DNA from: a virus
Lineage: Duplodnaviria > Caudoviricetes
Length of the DNA: 42,252 bases
IMG/VR virus record: IMGVR_UViG_3300011443_000025
Coordinates: 1-42,252 of that record
Direction: 5' to 3' (one strand)
The position numbers and the translations under genes are program-made. The notes below the pieces were generated by a model. The model was not told where the DNA came from. It was given only the letters and a program-made list of their open reading frames with translations, and made no database searches. Within the stretch, counting starts at the first letter, position 1; the number at the start of each line of letters is the position of its first letter. Of this stretch, positions 35,946-42,252 are shown piece after piece.

Positions 35946-36890
35946 GTGGCCCGTATTCGGAATCTGAAACCGGCGTTCTTCAAGGATGAAGACCTGGCCG
36001 AGCTGCTCCCGCTGACCCGCCTGCTGTTCGCCGGGCTGTGGACGCTGGCCGACAAGGCGGGCAACCTCGAGGACCGGCCGCGCTTCATCAAGATCGAAGT
36101 GCTGCCTTACGACGACTGCGTCATCGCCGACGAACTCGAGGCGCTGCTGCTCCGTGGCTTCATTCGCCGGTACGAGGTAGACGGCCGGGCGTACATCCAT
36201 ATCCCGACATTTACTAAGCATCAGCGCATTAGCGGCGACGAAGCGCGAGCCGAACCGAGCATCCCACCCCCGCCAGAAGCAGGTAAGAAGCAGAGGCGAA
36301 GCACGCCCGAAGCATGTCCGACGCACGAAAGCGTGCGGAGTACGGAAATCGGAGTACTTGTTACTGACGACGGACGACGGACGACGGACACCGCGCCGGT
36401 GGCGCGTCTCGTGTCGTCGTCGTCCACGGCTCACGGCATGGGACGGGAACACCTGGCGGGGCTCGAGCTGGTGGCGGCCTGGAACCGCATCAGGCCTGCG
36501 CCGCCTGTGGACTTCGGCGAACTGCAAGCACCCTCCAGGCGCCAGATTCGCGACGCCTTGCGGGCCAAAGGGCTCGCCGCGTGGGAGCGCATCTTCAAGC
36601 GGATTGAGCCGAGCGACTACCTCGCTGGACGGCTCGACATGCCCGTGGTGAGTCTGTTCAAAGCCCTCGAATTAGGCGACCACATCGACGCCGGCCAGTA
36701 CGACAACCGCAGGCCGACCCGCGCCGCCGGCCTGTCGGGTGGCGGGCAGTCGGCGCGCACGTCCGGCACCGTCACCGTGACTGACCCGGACTACAACGGG
36801 GCGCCCTATCGCTTCCCCTGCAGCCACACGCCGCCCTGCGCGACCTGGCCGCAGTGTCGCGACCATGACCAGGCGGCGAGGACAGCATGA
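35946..36890 (+). CDS. Phage replication initiator (lambda O-like role)
   Basis: MARIRNLKPAFFKDEDL..RLLFAGLWTLADKAG...YIHIPTFTKHQ N-terminal family motif; internal repeats; GQYDN C-terminal domain. Confidence 0.82.
   Translation: MARIRNLKPAFFKDEDLAELLPLTRLLFAGLWTLADKAGNLEDRPRFIKIEVLPYDDCVIADELEALLLRGFIRRYEVDGRAYIHIPTFTKHQRISGDEARAEPSIPPPPEAGKKQRRSTPEACPTHESVRSTEIGVLVTDDGRRTTDTAPVARLVSSSSTAHGMGREHLAGLELVAAWNRIRPAPPVDFGELQAPSRRQIRDALRAKGLAAWERIFKRIEPSDYLAGRLDMPVVSLFKALELGDHIDAGQYDNRRPTRAAGLSGGGQSARTSGTVTVTDPDYNGAPYRFPCSHTPPCATWPQCRDHDQAARTA
36276..36389 (+). repeat. Putative replication origin iterons inside the initiator gene
   Basis: GAAGCA at 36276, 36287, 36298 and 36309, plus GACGCA at 36320 (exact 11-bp period). 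(GACGACG)x3 follows at 36366-36386. Confidence 0.65.
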
Positions 36891-36907
36891 GAGCAGGACA
36901 CAACTGA

Positions 36908-36931
36908 GAGCGCCTTTGAGCGCCGAAGGAG
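36908..36931 (+). promoter_or_regulatory. Tandem GAGCGCC-TTT-GAGCGCC (Com-type site) upstream of the MT-A70 gene
   Basis: Intergenic direct repeat, followed one base later by AAGGAG. Confidence 0.5.
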
Positions 36932-36946
36932 ATCACCGACGACAGG

Positions 36947-37993
36947 ATGTCCATGAGTGACACGAAGCCAGTGAAGTCACGCCGCGCCCTAATCAAAGCC
37001 TCGGCGCCGCATGTCCTGAAGGACCGGGTTATTCAGCGACTCACGGAGGCCGAGAAGGCGCTGGCTTTCGCGGCCGGCATCGACCAAGTCAAGCTAGTGC
37101 TGGACGTGGCTGCGGCCCAGGAGGTCTTTGCCAAGCGGCAGCAGTTGGGCGAGGAAGTGATCGCGACCGCACATGTCCTGAAGACGCGGGCACTCGCGAA
37201 GCTTGGCGAGCTGCTCACGGTCCTGCCGAAGGCCGCAGGTGGGAGTGTGGGCGGACGTCATCGGATAGATGGTTCCCGATCGGAACCATCTATCACCACG
37301 CCCACCTTGGCTGAGATCGGCATCGACCGCAAAACGTCGATGGTCGCGCAGCAGCTTGCGGCGCTGCCTGAAGAGACGCGCGAGGCAATCGCTCAACGCG
37401 AGACGACCATCACGAAGGTGAACCGCGAGCGGAAGGCCGCGACGATCTGCAAGGAGATCAGCCTGCCAGACGCGAAGTATCGCGTCGTCTATGCCGATCC
37501 GCCGTGGAGGTACAACGATACCCGCGACCTGGCCGGGTACGAAACAACGGCCGCCGTGCAGAACTACCCGACTATGTCGGTCGCGGAGTTATCGGCGCTT
37601 CCAGTGCGCGACTTGGCGCATGCCGATGCGGTCTTGTTTTGCTGGGCGACGTTTCCGCTTCTGCCAGATTGCCTAGCGGTCGTGAAGGCGTGGGGATTCA
37701 CGTATAAGACGGCGTTTGTGTGGGACAAGGGACGGAGCACCTTCGGGCATTACCACACGGCAAGCGCAGAGCTGCTGTTCGTCTGCACCCGCGGATCGGC
37801 CGTGCCGGACGCCGCGACGCGTGAGCCGCAGGTGATTCGCGCCGAGCGCGGGCGGCATTCGGAGAAGCCGACGGAGTTTCGCGCGCTGATTGACCGGCTG
37901 TACACCGCCGGCCGGCGGATCGAGTTGTTCCGCCGCGGTGACGCACCAAGCGGCTGGGACGTGTGGGGCCATGAGGCAGAGCAGGCGTCGTGA
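36947..37993 (+). CDS. MT-A70 family adenine methyltransferase with N-terminal helical/HTH region
   Basis: YRVVYADPPWRY, NYPTMS, LFCWAT, AWGFTYKT.FVWDK, HSEKP, RIELF and WDVWGHE. Confidence 0.92.
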   Translation: MSMSDTKPVKSRRALIKASAPHVLKDRVIQRLTEAEKALAFAAGIDQVKLVLDVAAAQEVFAKRQQLGEEVIATAHVLKTRALAKLGELLTVLPKAAGGSVGGRHRIDGSRSEPSITTPTLAEIGIDRKTSMVAQQLAALPEETREAIAQRETTITKVNRERKAATICKEISLPDAKYRVVYADPPWRYNDTRDLAGYETTAAVQNYPTMSVAELSALPVRDLAHADAVLFCWATFPLLPDCLAVVKAWGFTYKTAFVWDKGRSTFGHYHTASAELLFVCTRGSAVPDAATREPQVIRAERGRHSEKPTEFRALIDRLYTAGRRIELFRRGDAPSGWDVWGHEAEQAS

Positions 37994-38002
37994 GGTGTGC
38001 CC

Positions 38003-38575
38003 ATGTACGAGTACGGCATTCACACGTCGCGCGCGGATTTCTGGATTCACGTGGTGCCTGGGACCGAGCAACTGTTCATCTACGAGCGCAGGCGGATGAG
38101 TAAGGAGATCAAAAGCGGGAAGTACAAGCACGTAGAGATCCCCACCGCTAGCGGCGTCTTGGTGCCGTTGGATGAGTGGTTTATCCGCTCGGTGTGCCTG
38201 AGCCGCACGCGCTTGTTCAAGGCGTGCAAGGGGCACTACGCGTCCGACGCCGATATCGGGCATCGGTGTGAAGACGTCGTCGAGACATGGCTCAACATGC
38301 ACAACCTGCATGGCGGATTTCCGCCGCTGTTGATGGCCACGCGGATCACGGATCGCGAGACGCAGTTCACAGGGTGCGACTTGGTCGTCGAGCGCCCGCC
38401 TGCTGTGCTGATTGAAGTCAAGGCGGATACGCGCGCGGACGACACCGGCAACCTGTTTGTACAGACGCACGAGCAACACCATCAGGTTGATCAACGGAAC
38501 GGGCACCGGCAGCCGGAGCCGTACCTATTGCGCGTGGACCGCAACGAGAAACACGGTGACGATGATGCTTACTAG
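38003..38575 (+). CDS. Putative PD-(D/E)xK nuclease
   Basis: GHRCEDVV...GCDLVV...LIEVKAD..DTGNLFVQ; directly after the methylase. Confidence 0.6.
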   Translation: MYEYGIHTSRADFWIHVVPGTEQLFIYERRRMSKEIKSGKYKHVEIPTASGVLVPLDEWFIRSVCLSRTRLFKACKGHYASDADIGHRCEDVVETWLNMHNLHGGFPPLLMATRITDRETQFTGCDLVVERPPAVLIEVKADTRADDTGNLFVQTHEQHHQVDQRNGHRQPEPYLLRVDRNEKHGDDDAY

Positions 38576-38912
38576 CGAGAGCCTTTACGGACTGCAGCAT
38601 GGCAGGACGGCGAGTCTCGAAGATGTCCGTGGCTTTCAGCAATGGCTGCTCGGGACGATCAACCGCGAGCACCTCTCGTCGGTCATGGTGATGACGGAGT
38701 GGATCGTCGAGTCGCCGCCAGGTCGGCCAGACGAGTGCAACTGGCTGGTCGTCCACGTGCAGGTGCACGGCGAAGTGTGGTCGCTGCCACCGTGGCTCGC
38801 CGAGCATCCGCGCCGCGTGATGCAGGTGTGGCGCGAACATTGGCTGGCCATGCTGATCCGGTTCGCTGAGATCGGTCTGCCAGGGCGTGACCGGAAGGAC
38901 CCGCCCGCATGA
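38562..38912 (+). CDS. Hypothetical protein
   Basis: Overlaps or couples with both neighbours. Confidence 0.5.
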   Translation: MMLTSESLYGLQHGRTASLEDVRGFQQWLLGTINREHLSSVMVMTEWIVESPPGRPDECNWLVVHVQVHGEVWSLPPWLAEHPRRVMQVWREHWLAMLIRFAEIGLPGRDRKDPPA

Positions 38913-39247
38913 GCCTCTGCCCGTACTGCGGCCTGCGTCCGCTGTCGTCGCGGCGCGTCAACAGTGGGCCGCCCGTGACCTGCGGCGCCGTCGCCTGCCG
39001 GCATGCCCGGCGTCGCGAGCGCAACACCAGCCACCACCGTGTGCAGTCGGCTCGTCGCATGGCCGAGCGGCGCGCCAGCCCGGAGTTCGGGCGTCCGCTG
39101 CGCGAGTCGCCGGAGGAGATTGCGCGGCTATTCGAGCTCGCCAAGGCGGCACGGCTGGCCGAGGAACGCCGCACCGGGCAGCGCCGCTACACCATCACGG
39201 ATGGCTGGCAACAGCGCGGCCCCGTCGTCGAACGGGAGTGGTTATGA
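38909..39247 (+). CDS. Hypothetical Zn-finger protein
   Basis: CPYCG...TCGAVAC; ATGA coupling. Confidence 0.55.
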   Translation: MSLCPYCGLRPLSSRRVNSGPPVTCGAVACRHARRRERNTSHHRVQSARRMAERRASPEFGRPLRESPEEIARLFELAKAARLAEERRTGQRRYTITDGWQQRGPVVEREWL

Positions 39248-39546
39248 CGGCCGACGGCGTCTGCATCCACGGCGTCCTGGCCGTCAACTGCGAGGCGTGC
39301 GTGGCGTGGGCCGCGGCGCTCTACAGCTCGCAGCGGGCCGACGCCGCGGAGCGCGCGCTCGCAGCCTACGCCGCGCCCTGCGAGTGGCGGGAAGCGGCTG
39401 AGGATGGCTGCTGGGTGCCGTCCTGCGGCGAGACGAGTGACCGGTGGGTGTTCGGCGACCGCGGCCCGGTGGGCGTCGGCATGCGGTTCTGCGGCTACTG
39501 CGGGCACCGCATCGAGGTCGTGCCGGCACCGGAGCGGGTGGCGTGA
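39244..39546 (+). CDS. Hypothetical Cys-rich protein
   Basis: CIHG..CEAC and CEW..WVPSCG..FCGYCGHRI. Confidence 0.55.
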   Translation: MTADGVCIHGVLAVNCEACVAWAAALYSSQRADAAERALAAYAAPCEWREAAEDGCWVPSCGETSDRWVFGDRGPVGVGMRFCGYCGHRIEVVPAPERVA

Positions 39547-39923
39547 AGGCGCGCGTCAGCGAGAAGGTCGAGCAGTCGCACGTCGTCCAGGCGCTGCGCT
39601 CGGTCGGCGCGCGGGTGTACGTGATTGGCCGGCCACCGCGCCGTGACGCCGTCCACAAGGGCACGGGCCAGACGCCTGGCCTTCCCGACGTGCTCGCGCA
39701 CTTGCCGCATGCGCCGGACTTGCGGGTGGGCGCGCACGAGCTCTGGGTCGAAGTGAAGGCGCGCGGTGGGCGGCTCCGGGTCGAGCAGGTGGCCTTCCGC
39801 GACTTCTGCCGGCTTGCCGGTATCGCGCACGTTGTCGGCGGGCTCGACGCGGTGCTGCTGTACATGCTGCAGCACGGCTATCTCACGGAAACGGCGCACT
39901 ACCGCAAGGCGGGCGACGCATGA
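39543..39923 (+). CDS. VRR-NUC domain nuclease
   Basis: SEKVEQSHVVQAL, PGLPDVL and WVEVKARGGRLRVEQ. Confidence 0.85.
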   Translation: MKARVSEKVEQSHVVQALRSVGARVYVIGRPPRRDAVHKGTGQTPGLPDVLAHLPHAPDLRVGAHELWVEVKARGGRLRVEQVAFRDFCRLAGIAHVVGGLDAVLLYMLQHGYLTETAHYRKAGDA

Positions 39924-40015
39924 CCCTCGACGTCGTGCTGACCATCGTCGTGCTCGTCGTGCTGGCCGGCGCCGTCTTCCTCGTGGCCTGCGTGCTGTGG
40001 GACCGGTGGATATGA
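39920..40015 (+). CDS. Single-TM micro-protein
   Basis: 31 aa MTLDVVLTIVVLVVLAGAVFLVACVLWDRWI with ATGA overlaps at both ends. Confidence 0.55.
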   Translation: MTLDVVLTIVVLVVLAGAVFLVACVLWDRWI

Positions 40016-40344
40016 GCGACGACGCGCAGCGGGCGCAGGACCGGGCGCGCTTCTCGCTGCAGGGCAAGGCGCTGGCCGACCTCGGGCAGCAAGTGGTGCG
40101 CGCACGCGCCGAGAACCGCGAGCTGCGCCGCCGGCTCGCCAGCGTTGAAGCGGTGCTGAAGGCGGTGGTGCCGCACGTCGAAGCGTGCGAAGGCGCGCTG
40201 CGGTTTTACGCGGACTTGCAGTCGTACCACACGGGCGACGGGCCGGCGATGCCGGTCCTGCTCGACATGCCCATCCTCGACGACTGCGGCTTCAAGGCAC
40301 GCGCGGTGCTCTACAAGGCGCGCGAGACAAAGGACACACCATGA
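40012..40344 (+). CDS. Hypothetical coiled-coil protein
   Basis: MSDDAQRAQ...ALRFYAD...DCGFKARAVL; coupled. Confidence 0.55.
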   Translation: MSDDAQRAQDRARFSLQGKALADLGQQVVRARAENRELRRRLASVEAVLKAVVPHVEACEGALRFYADLQSYHTGDGPAMPVLLDMPILDDCGFKARAVLYKARETKDTP

Positions 40345-40517
40345 TTAGTCTGCTCGTCACGCTCGTCGTCGTGGGGTTGATTCTGTATCTCATCGAAAAC
40401 TACATCCCGATGAGCCCGCCCATCAAGGTGGTCATTCGGGTGGTGGTGGTGCTGTTCCTGATCCTGTGGTTGGTGCGGTTGTTCGGGCTGGACGTGCCCG
40501 TCCCGCACTTCCGGTGA
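40341..40517 (+). CDS. Small two-TM membrane protein (Thivi_2564-like)
   Basis: MISLLVTLVVVGLILYLIENYIPMSPPIKVVIRVVVVLFLILWLVRLFG; RBS AAGGA. Confidence 0.72.
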   Translation: MISLLVTLVVVGLILYLIENYIPMSPPIKVVIRVVVVLFLILWLVRLFGLDVPVPHFR

Positions 40518-40529
40518 GGTCCTCTACTG

Positions 40530-40805
40530 ATGAGCCTTTACGGCGTAGAGGCTGACGTGACACAAGCCGAGCAGTACGAACTGGACCGCCTCGTGCGCGA
40601 CATCAGTAAAGGCACGAACGGCCGGTATACGCCGGACGATTACCCGTGGCTGGCCGACGTCGCGCGGCGGTGTGCCGCGGATATGTGGCGCCGCGAGACC
40701 ATCTGCCATCTCTGCCCGCGCAATGGCGAGAAGCACGTTTGCAGCTGCCCTCACCGGTTGGCTAGGAAGCGGCTCACGGCGTACGGCGTGTGGCCTGATG
40801 CCTAA
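40530..40805 (+). CDS. Hypothetical protein
   Basis: RBS GAGG; CHLC..CSC cluster. Confidence 0.5.
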   Translation: MSLYGVEADVTQAEQYELDRLVRDISKGTNGRYTPDDYPWLADVARRCAADMWRRETICHLCPRNGEKHVCSCPHRLARKRLTAYGVWPDA

Positions 40806-41163
40806 CGCCGCGAGCCGCTTGTGTGCGTCGCCGGGCTGCGGCGAGACGGCCTTACGCCAGGGCCGGTGCGCGGTGCACCAGCGGGCCGAGTGGCGGCGCG
40901 TGGAGCGGTATCGCGGGACGGCCAAGGCCAGAGGCTACGACGAGGACTGGAAGCGCCTACGGGCCGCCGTGCTGCGCGTGGAGCCGTTCTGCCGGACCTG
41001 CACCGCGGCCGGCGTCATCCAGCTCGCGCAGGAGGTGGACCACGTGGTGCCGCTGGCCGAGGGTGGGGCCAGGTTGGAGCGGGCCAACGTGCAGCCGCTG
41101 TGCCGCGAGTGCCATTTCGAGAAGACCGCGGCCGAGCACGCGACCAGGGGGAAACGCGCATGA
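40798..41163 (+). CDS. HNH endonuclease (HK97 gp74-like, packaging-associated)
   Basis: CASPGC..RCAVH, RGYDEDWKRLR, PFCRTC, VDHVVP and NVQPLCRECHFEKT. Confidence 0.92.
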   Translation: MPNAASRLCASPGCGETALRQGRCAVHQRAEWRRVERYRGTAKARGYDEDWKRLRAAVLRVEPFCRTCTAAGVIQLAQEVDHVVPLAEGGARLERANVQPLCRECHFEKTAAEHATRGKRA

Positions 41164-41756
41164 AGCTGCTCGTGTCTGGCAAGCACCGGACGCTCTACGA
41201 CGAATACGACGTCGGGCACTTGGTCTGCCCGCGGTCGCGCAATGTCGTCTGGTCGCCCGTGTGGGCGGCTGACAATGCGGCGTTCTCGCGGTTCGATGCC
41301 GACGCTTACCGGCTCATGCTTGAGACGGTCCAGGGCACGCCGGGCTGCCTGTTCGTGACGGTGCCCGATGTGGTCGGCGACGCCTTCGCCACGCGCGAAC
41401 TGTGGGACGCCTGGGCGCCCGTCGTGCAGGCGCACGGGCTGCCTGCGGCGTTCGTGTTGCAGGACGGCGTCGAGGACGTCGGTGTGCCGTGGTCGGCGTG
41501 CGACGCCGTCTTCATCGGCGGCACGACCGCCTTCAAGCTCGGCCCGGTCGCACGCCTCTGTGTGCGGGAAGCCAAGCGGCTCGGCACGTGGGTCCACATG
41601 GGCCGCGTGAACACGGTGCGGCGGCTCAAGTATGCGCAGTCGCTCGGCGTGGACAGCATCGACGGCTCCGGCTTCGCGCGGTTCCCCGACGCCATGCTGC
41701 CGCGCTTCACGCGGGTGGTCGGGATTACGCCGCTCTTCACGGAGGGGGTCGCATGA
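41160..41756 (+). CDS. TGT/DpdA-like TIM-barrel protein (putative base-exchange enzyme)
   Basis: WAADNAAFS, VPDVVGDA..T, FVLQDG, VFIGG, VHMGRVN and VDSIDGS parallel the TGT-fold motifs DSGxF / PD / GG / HxxG / DSxD. Confidence 0.55.
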   Translation: MKLLVSGKHRTLYDEYDVGHLVCPRSRNVVWSPVWAADNAAFSRFDADAYRLMLETVQGTPGCLFVTVPDVVGDAFATRELWDAWAPVVQAHGLPAAFVLQDGVEDVGVPWSACDAVFIGGTTAFKLGPVARLCVREAKRLGTWVHMGRVNTVRRLKYAQSLGVDSIDGSGFARFPDAMLPRFTRVVGITPLFTEGVA

Positions 41757-41892
41757 CCTTCTTTGGCCTGCCGCCCTTCTTCCCGTTGGCGCGTGCGGCG
41801 GCGACCTTCGCGTCGGTCATCGCCTTCCCGCCTTTCTTGCCCATCGCGACGGCGTGCGGATTCTTCTTCTTAGGCGCCACTGGCTTATCCAT
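41737..41892 (-). CDS. Small basic peptide with KGG and GRP (AT-hook-like) motifs
   Basis: MDKPVAPKKKNPHAVAMGKKGGKAMTDAKVAAARANGKKGGRPKK; the start overlaps the stop of the upstream ORF. Confidence 0.7.
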   Translation of the reverse strand: MDKPVAPKKKNPHAVAMGKKGGKAMTDAKVAAARANGKKGGRPKKVMRPPP

Positions 41893-42106
41893 ACATCGCG
41901 ACGGCAAGCGCCTCGTACCGCGAACCCTCGGTCGCCATGTCGATCGCGAGGGCGGCTTCAGCATCGGCCATGGTGTCGTGCAGCGTCTGATACCACGCCC
42001 ACGCCTCGGCGAGAAACTGACCCGTGTCGCGTGCTTTAAAGGCGCGATCGGCGGCGTCGAAATGAATCTGGCGGGGCGTGGTGGCGGTCTGTTCGTTCGT
42101 CATCAT
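41885..42106 (-). CDS. Small hypothetical protein, first gene of the leftward moron
   Basis: 73 aa; ATG lies 6 nt after a -10 box (leaderless). Confidence 0.65.
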   Translation of the reverse strand: MMTNEQTATTPRQIHFDAADRAFKARDTGQFLAEAWAWYQTLHDTMADAEAALAIDMATEGSRYEALAVAMYG

Positions 42107-42112
42107 GAAGAC

Positions 42113-42141
42113 AGCGTAAACCCAAACGTTTGGGATGTCAA
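42113..42141 (-). promoter_or_regulatory. Sigma70 promoter with a 14-bp palindromic operator in the spacer
   Basis: Minus strand TTGACA-N17-TACGCT. The spacer contains the perfect palindrome CCCAAACGTTTGGG (42121-42134). Confidence 0.8.
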
Positions 42142-42168
42142 CACCATTCGGCTGCGCGGAGGGCGCTC

Positions 42169-42252
42169 ATGACCGGACGCGGGCGTGGGTTCGCCAGTCT
42201 GTCGCCGGAGCAGCGGCGGGAGGTCGCCTGTGCGGGTGCGTCGGCCCTGCGC
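42169..42252 (+). CDS. KGG/general-stress-like small protein (3'-truncated)
   Basis: RBS GGAGG. MTGRGRGFASLSPEQRREVA resembles the GFASMxxExQREIASKGG motif. The ORF runs off the window. Confidence 0.55.
   Translation, partial: MTGRGRGFASLSPEQRREVACAGASALR

Noticed and set aside
1-42252. Window as a closed circular genome with joined ends
   Set aside because: There is no terminal repeat. The last ORF and the first ORF are in incompatible frames and both look truncated, so some sequence (possibly including cos) is missing.

Overview
Near-complete genome of a GC-rich temperate siphovirus with an HK97-type head and a lambda-like layout. An intact attP, with arm-type repeats on both sides of the core, indicates the excised or free form. 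Both window ends cut through genes. Left to right: a ParB-like/DNA methyltransferase; terminase; a small HTH gene followed by 10-bp-phased repeats; a methyltransferase-glycosyltransferase fusion; portal, protease, a Com-like zinc finger and the capsid; neck and tail genes with a -1 frameshift chaperone; tape measure; a long block of tail/accessory genes with carbohydrate-active domains, several with Sec or lipoprotein signals; attP (3' part of tRNA-Gly CCC) and a tyrosine integrase lacking the box I Arg; an immunity region with tandem paralogous repressors and cro; ERF and a replication initiator with internal iterons; an MT-A70 methylase plus PD-(D/E)xK nuclease; nin-like small genes; HNH; a TGT/DpdA-like protein; and a small moron with its own promoter. 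The strongest new observation is an apparent Com-type translational regulon. A Mu Com-like Zn-finger ORF overlaps the capsid start, and a 28-nt motif (23/28 identical) followed by a hairpin that sequesters the AUG precedes both the capsid and tail tube genes. A related tandem GAGCGCC site precedes the MT-A70 methylase. All calls come from reading motifs and synteny; no database search was run.
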